Positions 1 through 14,495 are shown, counted from the first letter of the stretch. The stretch: DNA of 57,857 nucleotides from Burkholderiales bacterium (GCA_035514595.1 DATKAX010000245.1:1-57857); one strand, 5' to 3'. The notes: generated by a model not told the origin, from the letters alone. Numbers and translations: made by a program.

Positions 1-1902
1 TTCGAGAAGCTCAATGCGCGCCAGCGCGAGGCGGCGCGCTTCGGGCGCGGGCCGCTGCTGATCCTCGCCGGCGCCGGGACCGGCAAGACCAACACCCTCG
101 CGCACCGCGTGGCGCATCTCGTGCTCGAGGGCGCGAGCCCGCAGCGCATCCTGCTGCTTACCTTCACGCGCCGCGCCGCGGCGGAGATGACGCGGCGCGC
201 GCAGCGCATCCTGGGCGCGGTCGCCCCCGAGGTGCGGCTGCCCTGGTCGGGCACCTTCCACGCGATCGCCAATCGCCTGCTGCGCAGGCACTGCGCGCGC
301 GTCGGCCTCGAGCCGGGCTTCAGCGTGCTCGACCGCGGCGACGCCGCCGACCTGATGGACCTGGCGCGCCACGAGCTCGGCTTTTCCGCGACCGAGCGGC
401 GCTTTCCACGCAAGGACACCTGTCTCGCCATCTATTCGCACCGGGTGAACGCTCAAGGCTCGCTCGCCGGCACGCTGCAAGCGCTGTTCCCGTGGTGCGC
501 GCAGTGGGAGGCGGAGCTCGGCGCGCTCTACCGCGCGTATGTCGAGCGCAAGCTCGCGAGCCAGGCCCTCGACTACGACGACCTGCTGCTCTACTGGCAC
601 GCGATGCTCGCCGACGAGCGCCTCGCGCGCGACATCGGCGGCGCCTTCGACCACATCCTGGTCGACGAGTACCAGGACACCAACGCCCTGCAGGCCGAGA
701 TCGTCGCCCGCTTGAAGCCCGGGGGCGAGGGCGTGACCGTGGTGGGCGACGACGCGCAGGCGATCTACTCCTTTCGCGGCACCACGGTCGAGAACATCCT
801 CGGCTTCGAGGGCGCGGTGGTCGCCCTCGAGGAGAACTACCGCTCGACGCAGCCGATCCTGGACGCCGCGAACGCGCTCGCCGGAAAGCGCCTGCGCGCC
901 ACGCGGCAGGGCGGCGCGAAGCCGCGCTACGTCACGCTCGCAGACGACGAGGACCAGGCGGCCTATGTGGTCGCCGGCGTGCTCGCGGCGCGCGAGGGCG
1001 GCACCGAGCTCAGGCGCCAGGCGGTGCTGTTTCGCAGCTCGCACCACAGCGATCTCCTGGAGCTCGAGCTGGTGCGCCGGAACATCCCCTACGTGAAGTA
1101 CGGCGGGCTCAAGTTCCTCGAGGCGGCGCACGTGAAGGACCTGCTCGCGGTGCTGCGCTGGGCGGACAACCCGAGGAACCGGCTGGCCGCCTTCCGGGCG
1201 CTGCAGCTCCTGCCCGGGGTCGGGCCCGCCCGCGCCGAGCGCGGCTTCTCGCAGGTCGAAGCCGGAAATTGGGAAGCCCTCCGGGAGCACGACGGCGATT
1301 TCGCGGCGCTCCTCGGCTGGCTGATGGACCCGGGCACGCCGTGGCCGGGGCAGGTCGCCCGCGTGCGCGAGTGGTATGCGCCTCAGCTCGAGCGCCGCTA
1401 CGAGCAGGCCGAGGTGCGCATCGGCGATCTCGAGCAGCTCGAGCGCATCGCGGTGAATTTCGCGACGCGCGAGGCGTTCCTGAGCGAGCTTGCCCTCGAC
1501 CCGCCGGCGGCGAGCGGCGATCTCGCGGGCGAGCCGCACCTGGACGAGGACTACCTCGTGCTGTCCACGGTGCATTCCGCGAAGGGGCAGGAATGGGACG
1601 CGGTGTACGTGCTCAACGTCGTCGACGGCAGCTTTCCTTCCGAGTTCGCCGCGGCCCGCGCCGAGTCGATCGAGGAGGAGCGGCGCCTGCTCTATGTCGC
1701 GATGACGCGCGCGAAGAGCGAGCTGCATCTCCTCGCGCCGCTCAAGTTCTACGTCACCCAGCAGCCGCGCCGCGGGGACCGGCACGTCTATGGGGCGAAG
1801 AGCCGCTTCATGACGCCGGCGGTGAGGGCATGCCTGGAACCGGTTGCCTTTTCCGCCCGGCCCGCGGTGGACGTCGCCGCCCGTCTGCGGAAAATGTGGT
1901 GA
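1..1902 (+). CDS. UvrD/Rep-family ATP-dependent DNA helicase (5' end cut by window edge)
   Basis: Frame 1 is open from base 1 (FEKLNARQREAA...). Motifs: Walker A AGAGTGKT, DEYQDTN, VVGDDAQAIYSFRG, NYRST, TVHSAKGQEWD, LLYVAMTRAK. Confidence 0.9.
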   Translation, partial: FEKLNARQREAARFGRGPLLILAGAGTGKTNTLAHRVAHLVLEGASPQRILLLTFTRRAAAEMTRRAQRILGAVAPEVRLPWSGTFHAIANRLLRRHCARVGLEPGFSVLDRGDAADLMDLARHELGFSATERRFPRKDTCLAIYSHRVNAQGSLAGTLQALFPWCAQWEAELGALYRAYVERKLASQALDYDDLLLYWHAMLADERLARDIGGAFDHILVDEYQDTNALQAEIVARLKPGGEGVTVVGDDAQAIYSFRGTTVENILGFEGAVVALEENYRSTQPILDAANALAGKRLRATRQGGAKPRYVTLADDEDQAAYVVAGVLAAREGGTELRRQAVLFRSSHHSDLLELELVRRNIPYVKYGGLKFLEAAHVKDLLAVLRWADNPRNRLAAFRALQLLPGVGPARAERGFSQVEAGNWEALREHDGDFAALLGWLMDPGTPWPGQVARVREWYAPQLERRYEQAEVRIGDLEQLERIAVNFATREAFLSELALDPPAASGDLAGEPHLDEDYLVLSTVHSAKGQEWDAVYVLNVVDGSFPSEFAAARAESIEEERRLLYVAMTRAKSELHLLAPLKFYVTQQPRRGDRHVYGAKSRFMTPAVRACLEPVAFSARPAVDVAARLRKMW

Positions 1903-1982
1903 GTAATATTTCCATCGCCGTCGCGCTTCCCCGACAATGGGGATTCGCTCTGCGGTCTTGTCAAATTTTCACTCTTCTCGCT

Positions 1983-2011
1983 TGTAGCGATTGCCGCTAC
2001 ACTGTGTAGCG
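1983..2011. promoter_or_regulatory. Candidate operator: TGTAGCG-N5-CGCTACA plus a third TGTAGCG half-site
   Basis: Half-sites read at 1983-1989, 1995-2001 (inverted) and 2005-2011, about 30 nt upstream of the GTG start of the hydrolase gene. Confidence 0.25.
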
Positions 2012-2038
2012 TACTAACGACGTCGCGGGAGGGCAGGG

Positions 2039-3220
2039 GTGAAGGGAGGACTGGACGCGCTCGCGCGCGCAATGGCGCTTGCAACGGCGCTCGCAGGGGG
2101 GCTCGCCGCCGGCGCCGCTCTTGCTCAGGACGACGCCTACCACGGCTCCAGGCTCGTCGAGGAGAAGGTGCGCATCCCGGCGCGCGACGGGCGCTATGCC
2201 GTGGCCGCCACCATCCTGCGCCCGGAGGGCGACGGACCCTACGGCGCCGTAGTGCTGAACCACGGCGTATCCGCCTCGGCGCGCGAGCGCGCGCGCGAAT
2301 CGGCCGATCTCCTGATGGGCGCGGCGTCGGTGTTCGCGCGCCGCGGCTACGTAGTGGTGATGCCGCTGCGCCGCGGGTTCGGCGCCACCGGCGGCGCCAT
2401 GGCCGAGGACCCGGGCAGCTGCGCGAATCCCGACTACAGGCGCGCCGAGCAGGCGGCGGCGGACGACGTGATGCTCGCCTACGAGTATGCGCGGCGCCTG
2501 CCTTACGTCGAGGGCAACCGCATGATCCTCGCCGGCCAGTCCGCCGGCGGCATGGTGTCGCTTTTCACCGCGGGCACGCGCAACCCGCCCGGCCTCGCCG
2601 CGGTGCTCGGCTTCGCCGCGGGGCGCGGCGGCGACCCGGACCGCAGCCCGGGCGTGCCCTGCGCGGTCGAGCCGATCGCGGCGGTGCTCGACGGCCTCGG
2701 GCGCGCCGTGAAGGTGCCGGTGCTTTTCCACTACGCCGAGAACGACCTGTTCTTCAACCCGGCCACCACCAAGCTCTGGTTCCAGCGCTTCGCCGCCGGC
2801 GGCGCGCGCGCCGAGTACGTGCTGCAGCCGGCCTTCGGCCGCAACGGGCACTACGTCTTCGGCAACGCGCTCGGCGTGCGCTACTGGCTGCCCACGGTCG
2901 AGCGCTTCCTCGCCAAGCACGGCCTGCCCTTCGCGCGCCTCGACGCAGGCGATCCCGAGCGCCAGACGCTGCTCGCGCTCGACCGGCTGCCGAACGTCCG
3001 CTCCGAGGGCTGCCGCAACCTCTACCGGGCGTTCCTCGAATCGCCCGGCCCGCGCGCCTACGCCGTGAGCGGCGACGGCCGCTGCGGCTTCGCCGGCGGC
3101 GTCCCCGACGCGCGCGAGGCGGCGATGCGCCAGTGCGGCGCGCTCGCGAAGGCGAGCTGCGCCCTTTACGCGGTCGACGGCGCGGTGATCTGGAAAGAGA
3201 CGCTCGCCGGCCAGCAGTAG
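2039..3220 (+). CDS. Secreted alpha/beta hydrolase (dienelactone-hydrolase-like) with a Cys-containing C-terminal extension
   Basis: GTG start preceded by GGGAGGG. Signal-peptide-like N-terminus ...AAGAALAQDD. Nucleophile elbow GQSAGG. C-terminal ~100 aa with 4 Cys (GDGRCGFAGG...AAMRQCGALAKASCALYAV). Confidence 0.7.
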   Translation: MKGGLDALARAMALATALAGGLAAGAALAQDDAYHGSRLVEEKVRIPARDGRYAVAATILRPEGDGPYGAVVLNHGVSASARERARESADLLMGAASVFARRGYVVVMPLRRGFGATGGAMAEDPGSCANPDYRRAEQAAADDVMLAYEYARRLPYVEGNRMILAGQSAGGMVSLFTAGTRNPPGLAAVLGFAAGRGGDPDRSPGVPCAVEPIAAVLDGLGRAVKVPVLFHYAENDLFFNPATTKLWFQRFAAGGARAEYVLQPAFGRNGHYVFGNALGVRYWLPTVERFLAKHGLPFARLDAGDPERQTLLALDRLPNVRSEGCRNLYRAFLESPGPRAYAVSGDGRCGFAGGVPDAREAAMRQCGALAKASCALYAVDGAVIWKETLAGQQ

Positions 3221-3251
3221 AGCGGGCCGGAAATGCAAGATACTAGGGGCC

Positions 3252-5997
<2,746 letters not shown>

Positions 5998-5999
<2 letters not shown>

Positions 6000-6022
6000 A
6001 TTCGGGGTCAGAGCCCGAATTC
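5998..6022 (-). repeat. REP-like hairpin element, copy 1
   Basis: gaattcggggtcagagcccgaattc: 9-bp stem GAATTCGGG/CCCGAATTC with 7-nt loop; overlaps the ppc stop codon. Confidence 0.8.
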
Positions 6023-6027
6023 CGAGA

Positions 6028-6052
6028 AAAAATGGGGTCAGAACAAGATTTC
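6028..6052 (-). repeat. REP-like element, degenerate copy 2
   Basis: aaaatggggtcagaacaagatttc keeps the GGGGTCAGA core and the GATTTC arm but has lost stem complementarity. Confidence 0.5.
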
Positions 6053-6085
6053 CACCGGGCACGAAGTGCGCCACGGAGAAGAACG

Positions 6086-6110
6086 GGGATCGGGCTCTGA
6101 CCCCGAATTC
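6086..6110 (+). repeat. REP-like hairpin element, copy 3 (inverted relative to copy 1)
   Basis: ggggatcgggctctgaccccgaattc; 8 nt upstream of the yajD ATG. Confidence 0.75.
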
Positions 6111-6117
6111 GTTGGAA

Positions 6118-6429
6118 ATGAAACCGGAAAAGGCCTATCGCGACCAAGCGCTGAAGATCCTGCCGTGGATCTGCACGCGCTGCGCGCGCGAGTTCTCGGG
6201 CAAGCGCGTGCGCGAGCTCACGGTGCACCACAAGGACGGCAACCACGAGAACAACCCGCCGGACGGCAGCAACTGGGAGCTGCTGTGCATCTACTGCCAC
6301 GAAAACGAGCACGCAAGGGTGGTCGACTCGCAGGCCGGCGGCACGTCGCGCGAGCCCGCGAAGGCGCCGGCGACGCACAAGCCGCTCGCGGCGCTGGGGA
6401 AGCTGCTAAAAAAGAAAAATGGGGACTGA
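6118..6429 (+). CDS. yajD: HNH endonuclease, YajD family
   Basis: YRDQALKILPWICTRCAREF...RELTVHHKDGNHENNPPDGSNWELLCIYCHENEH closely parallels E. coli YajD as I recall it; ATG at 6118 is in frame with the longer track ORF. Confidence 0.85.
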   Translation: MKPEKAYRDQALKILPWICTRCAREFSGKRVRELTVHHKDGNHENNPPDGSNWELLCIYCHENEHARVVDSQAGGTSREPAKAPATHKPLAALGKLLKKKNGD

Positions 6430-6446
6430 CCTGACTGACCCCATTT
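6417..6446. terminator. Bidirectional terminator-like hairpin between convergent genes
   Basis: AAATGGGG-(14 nt actgacctgactga)-CCCCATTT; contains the yajD stop and ends at the stop of the minus-strand small gene; A-run before and T-run after. Confidence 0.5.
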
Positions 6447-6612
6447 AGCGGAAGTTCTCGGTTCGGTCGGAGCGCGGGTTCCTGGGCCGCGCCTCGCGCA
6501 CGTCCTGGCGCGCCTCGACCGCTGCCGTTTCCACCCATTCCCCGAGCCAGCCCTTGTGCCAGCTGTAGGCGACGCCGATCACTGCGGCGAGCAGAAGGAA
6601 TTTGGCTTTCAT
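6445..6612 (-). CDS. 55-aa small membrane-anchored/secreted protein
   Basis: MKAKFLLLAAVIGVAYSW... hydrophobic N-terminus; ATG overlaps the Nudix stop (ATGA) so it is translationally coupled. Confidence 0.5.
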   Translation of the reverse strand: MKAKFLLLAAVIGVAYSWHKGWLGEWVETAAVEARQDVREARPRNPRSDRTENFR

Positions 6613-7031
6613 GGGGACTCCGATATGGTGCGACGCGCCCATTCGAGAACGATCGCGAGGCGCGGTGGCAGCAGGTCTTGCGCCTCGCCGATGCTTATCC
6701 AGCGATATTCGTGGTGCTCCGGCCTGCCGAGCTCCGGCGAAACCGGGAGCTCGATCGCTTCCTGCGCGGTCTCGGCGAGGTAGTAACGCGCGACCTTGCC
6801 GCCGGAGTAGGGCAGCGTTTCCTTGAACTCGTCGCCAAAGGGAAAGTCCAGGCCAGCGAGCCCGGTCTCCTCCTTTACCTCGCGCCTCGCGCACGCGAGC
6901 GGGTCTTCGCCGGGCTCGACGCTGCCCTTGGGAAAATCCCAGTTCTTGTAGGCGCGCAGGGCGAGAAAGCGGATGCCGCGGTCGGTGCGTCGAAACACGA
7001 CGCAGCCCGCGGCGCGCGAGCCGGTCTTCAT
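6609..7031 (-). CDS. NUDIX hydrolase, Ap4A-hydrolase (NUDT2)-like
   Basis: Nudix box GSVEPGEDPLACARREVKEETGL preceded by WDFPKG. Confidence 0.85.
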   Translation of the reverse strand: MKTGSRAAGCVVFRRTDRGIRFLALRAYKNWDFPKGSVEPGEDPLACARREVKEETGLAGLDFPFGDEFKETLPYSGGKVARYYLAETAQEAIELPVSPELGRPEHHEYRWISIGEAQDLLPPRLAIVLEWARRTISESP

Positions 7032-7168
7032 CGCGAAAATACTACAGGAGTGCTACGCAAGCGCCTGGGCAGAAATGCTCGCCGCCCGAGCGGGCCCTAG
7101 CCAGAGGAGGAGGAGGAGGCTTCGGATGCTCGGACGGCGAGGCAAGCCGTGAATTAGTTGGCGCTTTT

Positions 7169-7354
7169 TCAGTGCGCCGCGCGCGGTGTATGAAACGTTT
7201 TGCTCAATGCTCCCTTGGCGCGCGCCAAGGCTTCGAGGGCCGCATCGAGCGCAAGTTCCCAGCGTTCCGCACGCTCGAATTCGGCCGCATAGCGGCTTCG
7301 AACCTGCGGCGGCAGGGAGTTCGCCGCCTGCCGCCAGAAGGAAGCTTTACGCAT
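7169..7354 (-). CDS. Hypothetical 61-aa protein
   Basis: ATG overlaps the end of the upstream small ORF by 8 nt (ATGCGTAA); third-position GC fairly high by eye; no recognised family. Confidence 0.35.
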   Translation of the reverse strand: MRKASFWRQAANSLPPQVRSRYAAEFERAERWELALDAALEALARAKGALSKTFHTPRAAH

Positions 7355-7526
7355 GGCGGACCACCTTGGCGCCGATCGCCGACATGGCGCGGCCGTAAAG
7401 CGATTTCACGCTCGTCGCGCCCGCGCGGAACGCCTGCGACAGCGCTTCGGCGCGCAAGCGGCGCGCTTCGAGCTCCAGCGCGTACAATTCCTCGCGGCTG
7501 GGATAGCGGTATTCGTATTTCGTCAT
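7347..7526 (-). CDS. Hypothetical 59-aa protein (MTKYEYRYPSREELYALELEARRLRAEAL...)
   Basis: ATG at 7526 preceded by AGGAGA with 7-nt spacing; strong GC3 bias by eye; divergent from the LysR gene. Confidence 0.45.
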   Translation of the reverse strand: MTKYEYRYPSREELYALELEARRLRAEALSQAFRAGATSVKSLYGRAMSAIGAKVVRHA

Positions 7527-7623
7527 GGTTTGATCTCCTGTCACTCCTGCAAGATAGGGCCGCGGAGCGGTCAGGACAAACGATCAATTTTCACCACAGG
7601 CTTAAGAAAAACTCATCGGTTCC

Positions 7624-8574
7624 GTGATTTATCGCCTGCCACCCCTCAACGCGCTGCGGGTATTCGAGGCGGCGGCGCGCCACCTGTCCTTCAAGGATGC
7701 GGCGGCCGAGCTCTCCATCACGCAGGCCGCGGTCAGCCACCAGGTCAAGAGCCTCGAGGAGTACCTCGGCGTGGAATTGTTCCGGCGCGCCGGCCGCGGC
7801 GTGGCGCTCACCGAAGCCGCCCGCGCCTGCCTGCCGCGGCTGCGCGAAGGCTTCGATTCGCTCGCCGCGGCGGTGGAGATGATCCGCGAGCGCGCCGAGG
7901 AGACCGAGCTGATGATCACCGCGCCGCCGGTATTCACCGCGCGCTGGCTGATGCCGCGGCTCGCGGATTTCTCCAGGCGCGAGCCAAAGATCGAGGTGCG
8001 CGTGGTCGCGAGCAGCAAGATGGTGGACGCCGGGGCGCTCGATTCGCCGGCGCTCATGAGCGGGCTCGACCTGCGCGAGGGCACTTCGGGAGTCGAGATT
8101 CACCTCGGCTCGGGCGATTACCCCGGCTATCGCGCCGACCGCCTGTTCGGGGTGTCCATGGCGGTGGTGGCGAGCCCGGAGCTCGTCAAGGGCGAGCCGC
8201 CCCTGAACGAGCCCGCCGACCTGGCAAGCCAGGTGCTGCTGCACGACGATGCGATGGACCTGGTCGCGCAGGGCAACGCCTGGCAGAAGTGGCTCGAGGC
8301 GGCCGGCGTCGCCGAGCGCGTCGATGCCGAGCGCGGCCCGCATTTCTCCTCCAACATCCTGTCGCTCGAGGCCGCCTCGCAGAAGCTGGGCGTGGCCCTC
8401 GCGCTGCGCCCGCTGGTGGACGCCGACATCGCCTCGGGCCGGCTGGTGGCGCCGTTCGCGGTGGAAGTCAAGCCGCTCGGCTCCTACTACCTCGTCTGCC
8501 CGGAAGTCATCGCCGAGCGCCCGGCAGTGGCAGCGTTCCGCAAGTGGCTGCTCGGGCAGGCGGTAACTGCATGA
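7624..8574 (+). CDS. LysR-family transcriptional regulator (GcvA/AmpR-like subgroup)
   Basis: N-terminal wHTH LNALRVFEAAARHLSFKDAAAELSITQAAVSHQVKSLE; 316 aa; GTG start. Confidence 0.9.
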   Translation: MIYRLPPLNALRVFEAAARHLSFKDAAAELSITQAAVSHQVKSLEEYLGVELFRRAGRGVALTEAARACLPRLREGFDSLAAAVEMIRERAEETELMITAPPVFTARWLMPRLADFSRREPKIEVRVVASSKMVDAGALDSPALMSGLDLREGTSGVEIHLGSGDYPGYRADRLFGVSMAVVASPELVKGEPPLNEPADLASQVLLHDDAMDLVAQGNAWQKWLEAAGVAERVDAERGPHFSSNILSLEAASQKLGVALALRPLVDADIASGRLVAPFAVEVKPLGSYYLVCPEVIAERPAVAAFRKWLLGQAVTA

Positions 8575-8590
8575 AACGGGCGCGTTTTTT
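8574..8590 (+). terminator. Weak intrinsic terminator after the LysR gene
   Basis: AAACG-GGCG-CGTTT followed by the T-run TTTTTT. Confidence 0.3.
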
Positions 8591-8635
8591 GCAACGCTCT
8601 TGATTCAGGCGGCAGGCGCCGCCAGATAAGCCCGG

Positions 8636-9042
8636 ATGACCTCCCGCGACATCTCCAACTGGATGTGGAGCGAGGCGCTTTCCATGCTGGATCGCGCCGA
8701 GCGCCTGCAGCGCCAGTTCTTCACCCACGCTGCGCTGGCCTGGGAGCCGCCGGTCGACGTTCTCGAAACGGCGGACGGGCTCGCGCTGCAGGTGGCGCTG
8801 CCAGGCGTGCCCGCCGACGCGATCACGATCGGGCTGGACCCCGACGGCGTCTCGATTTCCGCGCTGCGCGCTTTTCCGTGCAGGGAGAACACCACGCAGA
8901 TCCATCGCATCGAGATTCCGTACGGCCGGTTCGAGCGGCGCATCGCGCTGCCGCTCGCCGACCCCTACAACCCGCTCGAGCTCGCGTCGAAGACGCTCGC
9001 CGACGGGATGCTTACGCTGGTCTTCCGCAGGAGGGAGCGCGC

Positions 9043-9046
<4 letters not shown>
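8636..9046 (+). CDS. Hsp20/alpha-crystallin family small heat-shock protein
   Basis: WEPPVDVLETADGLALQVALPGV...RIEIPYGRFERRIALP...DGMLTLVF is the typical ACD pattern. Confidence 0.85.
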
Positions 9047-11412
<2,366 letters not shown>

Positions 11413-11417
11413 CCGGA

Positions 11418-11442
11418 GAAACCGGGGTCAGAGCCCGATTTC
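11418..11442 (-). repeat. REP-like hairpin element, copy 4
   Basis: gaaaccggggtcagagcccgatttc, 6 nt after the lon stop. Confidence 0.75.
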
Positions 11443-11458
11443 CGGCGCTGAGCGCCGG
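11442..11458. terminator. GC hairpin adjoining REP copy 4
   Basis: CCGGCGC-TGA-GCGCCGG, 7-bp stem, no T-run. Confidence 0.3.
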
Positions 11459-11657
11459 CCGCACGGGCAGCCGGTCGAGCAGCCGCAGCAGCGCGCGCCG
11501 CTTTGCCTCACGTCTGGGGTTCAATCGAGTTTCCTGTAGAAATTGCCGGGAGCACTTGCGCCTTCAGTGTAAGCGAAGCGGCAGGCGGACGCATTCCGCG
11601 CTGCGGCAAACGCCGCGGCAGCGCTACCGCGTTGATTTTTCTTTGCATTGAGAAAAG

Positions 11658-11683
11658 GAAATCGGGCTCTGACCCCGATTTTC
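11658..11683 (+). repeat. REP-like hairpin element, copy 5
   Basis: gaaatcgggctctgaccccgattttc, inverted relative to copy 4, 27 nt upstream of the M48 protease ATG. Confidence 0.75.
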
Positions 11684-11709
11684 GCCTCGCCGCCGTAAAA
11701 TCTCGCGGC

Positions 11710-13002
11710 ATGAGACTCGCGGTTTTCACGCACCTGCGTGCGGTAGCGCTGCTCGCCGCGGCGGCGCTCGCAGGCTGCGCGACCAATCCGATCACCGGGC
11801 GCAGCCAGTTCCTGCTGGTGTCCGAGGAGATGGCGATCGGAAACTCTGCTTCGGCCTACGCGCAGATGGTCGGGCAGTGGCAGAAGAAGGGCAGGATCGA
11901 GACCGGCACGCCGCGCGCCGAGAAGTTGCGCGAGATCACCGACCGGCTGGTCGCGCAGGCGGTGCGCTTTCGTCCCGACTCCGCGCAGTGGAGCTGGGAA
12001 GTGCAGCTGATCGACGAGCCCAAGACCATCAACGCCTTCTGCATGGCGGGCGGCAAGATGGGGATCTATACCGGGTTCTGGGAAAAGCTCGGGGCGAGCG
12101 ACGACGAGATCGCCGCGGTGATGGGCCACGAGATCGGGCATGCGCTCGCCAGCCACACGCGCGAGCGCATGTCGATCGCGATGACCTCGCAGGTGGCGAC
12201 CCAGGTCGCAGCGATCGCGCTCTCCTCGCGCGATCAGAGCGGGCTCGCGCTCACGGGCATGCAGCTCGCCTCGGTGCTCGCGATCCAGCTTCCCAACAGC
12301 CGCGAAGGCGAGACCGAGGCCGACCAGATCGGCATCGAGCTCGCGGCGCGCGCCGGCTTCGACCCGCGCGCCGCGGTGACGCTGTGGGAGAAGATGGGCA
12401 AGGAAAGCGCCGGCAGGAACCCGCCCGAATTCCTGTCCACGCATCCCTCGCCGCAGAACCGCGCCGCGCGCCTGACGGAGCTGGTGGCGCGGGTCGATCC
12501 GTACTACCAGGCGGCGAAGGCCGGGAAGGGCACGAGCGGCGCGCCGCGCTTTCTCGCCTCCAACGAGGCGGCCAACGAGCGCGTGGTTGCCGCGCCCGGC
12601 GAGCTCTCGCGCGAGGAGTACGCCGCGCGCGCGGCAAAGGAAGCCGACACGCTCACCTTTCTCGCCGAGCCTTTCGAGCGTTTCCGGAGCGCAAGCGCGC
12701 TGTTCGAGTGCCGACTGCAATGCGCCTTCGGCTATGCGGCGAACACCGGCGCCTGGAAGCGGGCGCACGGCAAGGGCGAGTGGCGCGAGCTCGCGCTTTC
12801 GGTGATGCAGGTAGGCTACCTCTCCGACCTCTCCTATTTCATGCTCGCCGAGGCTGCGAACGGCCTCGGGCTCAAGGACGCCGCCGCAACGTACTATCGG
12901 CGCGCGATAGAGGCGGGCAGCCAGTACGGTTGCGGCGCCGCGGAGCCCGGTTGCGAGGGCTTCGAGGTGCAGAAACTGGCGCAGGCAGCGCTGCGCCGCT
13001 GA
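11710..13002 (+). CDS. M48-family zinc metalloprotease lipoprotein with C-terminal extension
   Basis: Lipobox LAGC after a hydrophobic leader; HEIGHAL zinc motif; downstream E...TEADQIG; C-terminal ~130 aa Cys-containing helical region. Confidence 0.85.
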   Translation: MRLAVFTHLRAVALLAAAALAGCATNPITGRSQFLLVSEEMAIGNSASAYAQMVGQWQKKGRIETGTPRAEKLREITDRLVAQAVRFRPDSAQWSWEVQLIDEPKTINAFCMAGGKMGIYTGFWEKLGASDDEIAAVMGHEIGHALASHTRERMSIAMTSQVATQVAAIALSSRDQSGLALTGMQLASVLAIQLPNSREGETEADQIGIELAARAGFDPRAAVTLWEKMGKESAGRNPPEFLSTHPSPQNRAARLTELVARVDPYYQAAKAGKGTSGAPRFLASNEAANERVVAAPGELSREEYAARAAKEADTLTFLAEPFERFRSASALFECRLQCAFGYAANTGAWKRAHGKGEWRELALSVMQVGYLSDLSYFMLAEAANGLGLKDAAATYYRRAIEAGSQYGCGAAEPGCEGFEVQKLAQAALRR

Positions 13003-13014
13003 AACCGCCGCTGC

Positions 13015-14247
13015 TCAGCCTGGAGTACGCGGCCTGCTGGCGGCGAAGTCCTGGCGCTCGAGCAGCCAGGACACGGCGAGCCCGGCGGCGAGCGCCCAGA
13101 AGGGCGCGCCGATGTTGAGGAAGGAGATGTCGGACACGGTCACGAGGAAAGTGACCAGCGCGCCCAGGGTGAAGCGCTCGCGAAACGACGCTGTGAACGC
13201 GCCCTGCAGCACCCGCAGCATCGCGAGCCCGGCCAGCGTGGCGATGAACGCGGCGGGGGTCGCAAGCATCAGGCGCGTGAACACCGGCGCGAGCAGCCCG
13301 AAGGCGAGCGCGAGGACGCCGACCGCGACGCCGGCGCTGTAGTGCCGCGCCTTTTCGCCCGAGGCGCAAAGGATCGCGTTGACCGGCCCGGTGAGGCAGG
13401 TGGACACGGAGCCGACCAGCGCCGAGGCGATCGATCCCGCGCCGCAGGCGGCGGTCACCGCGTCCATCGGCGGGCGGTGTCCCGCCGCGGTCAGCACCGC
13501 GAAGCCCTGGGCGTTCTGCGCCACCAGCACGCTGATGGCGAGCGGCACGACCAGCTCGACCATCGCGCGCCAGGAGAAGACCGGCGCGTACAGGCCGGGC
13601 CGCGCCATTTCCAGGGAGAGCGCGCCGGGCGCGAGCCCGCCCAGGATCGCGAGCGCCCCCGCGCCCACGGCGAGCGCCCCGATCAGCGGCGGCACCCAGC
13701 GCGCGAGCCGCGGCAGCGCGCTCAAGCCCAGGAACGCCAGCGTCATCGGCAGGGCGATCCTGAAATCGGCCTTCAGGGCGAGGACCAGCTCGACCCCGAA
13801 GCGCAGGAACACGCCTGCCACCATCGCCATCACGATGGGCATCGGGACTGCGCTCATCGCGCGGCGCACCCATCCGGTGAGGCCGAGCAGGAGCATGAGC
13901 AGGCCGGTCGCGTGGAACGCCCCGATCACCTCGGGAAAGCTGAGGTGCTGCAGGGCCGGAGCGACCAGCACCGTGCCCGGAATCGTCCAGAAGAAGACCA
14001 GGGGCTGCCGGTAGAGCAGGCAAAACGCGATGCTGATGAGGCCATTGAGGAAGAAGGCGCCGAAGATCCAGGAGGCGAGGTCGGCCTCCGAGAGTCCGCC
14101 CTGGCGTCCCACCGAGAGCAGGATCGCCACCGGCCCCGAGGCCGCGAACAGGAAAGCGATGAGCGCGCTCCCCGCGTAAAGCCCGCCGAAGTCGGCGAGC
14201 ACTCGCCTGGGCCCGGGAACCGGCGTGACGGGCTTTTCGAGCGGCAT
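13015..14247 (-). CDS. benE: Benzoate/H+ symporter BenE-family transporter
   Basis: Polytopic membrane protein with BenE-like N-terminal block [25 protein letters not shown]...; start taken at MPLEKP (14247), in frame. Confidence 0.8.
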   Translation of the reverse strand: MPLEKPVTPVPGPRRVLADFGGLYAGSALIAFLFAASGPVAILLSVGRQGGLSEADLASWIFGAFFLNGLISIAFCLLYRQPLVFFWTIPGTVLVAPALQHLSFPEVIGAFHATGLLMLLLGLTGWVRRAMSAVPMPIVMAMVAGVFLRFGVELVLALKADFRIALPMTLAFLGLSALPRLARWVPPLIGALAVGAGALAILGGLAPGALSLEMARPGLYAPVFSWRAMVELVVPLAISVLVAQNAQGFAVLTAAGHRPPMDAVTAACGAGSIASALVGSVSTCLTGPVNAILCASGEKARHYSAGVAVGVLALAFGLLAPVFTRLMLATPAAFIATLAGLAMLRVLQGAFTASFRERFTLGALVTFLVTVSDISFLNIGAPFWALAAGLAVSWLLERQDFAASRPRTPG

Positions 14248-14495
14248 GCGAACCGGATTCTGTGGAAAATCCCTCGCGCCCGCAGCGCTGTTTTGCACGG
14301 CCTGTCGCGACGCCACGCCACGACGTCGACGCAGGTCGATTGCGGAATCCGGAAACCGCGACACGAGCGAGCGGCCGGCAGCGATTGTGTCGGGTGATGC
14401 GCGGCAGGAGAATCACTCCCTGCCAAGCGGCGATCAGACCGCGAGTACGCTTTGCAGGCCCTGCCGGGGACGGTCCGGTCCTCGGGGTCGGGCCG

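Noticed and set aside
7104-7119. (AGG)5 microsatellite in the Nudix upstream region
   Set aside because: It is too short, it is a single occurrence, and there is no evidence of phase-variable function.
8599-8627. Sigma32 heat-shock promoter upstream of Hsp20
   Set aside because: The match to CTTGAA-N13-15-CCCCATNT is imperfect, and it lies within about 10 nt of the start codon. It is not reported as a feature.
8665-9042. 126-codon N-terminal extension of Lon in the track ORF
   Set aside because: It lies out of frame over the Hsp20 gene and is Arg/Ala-rich. The Lon N-domain begins right after the internal ATG at 9043, which overlaps the Hsp20 stop.
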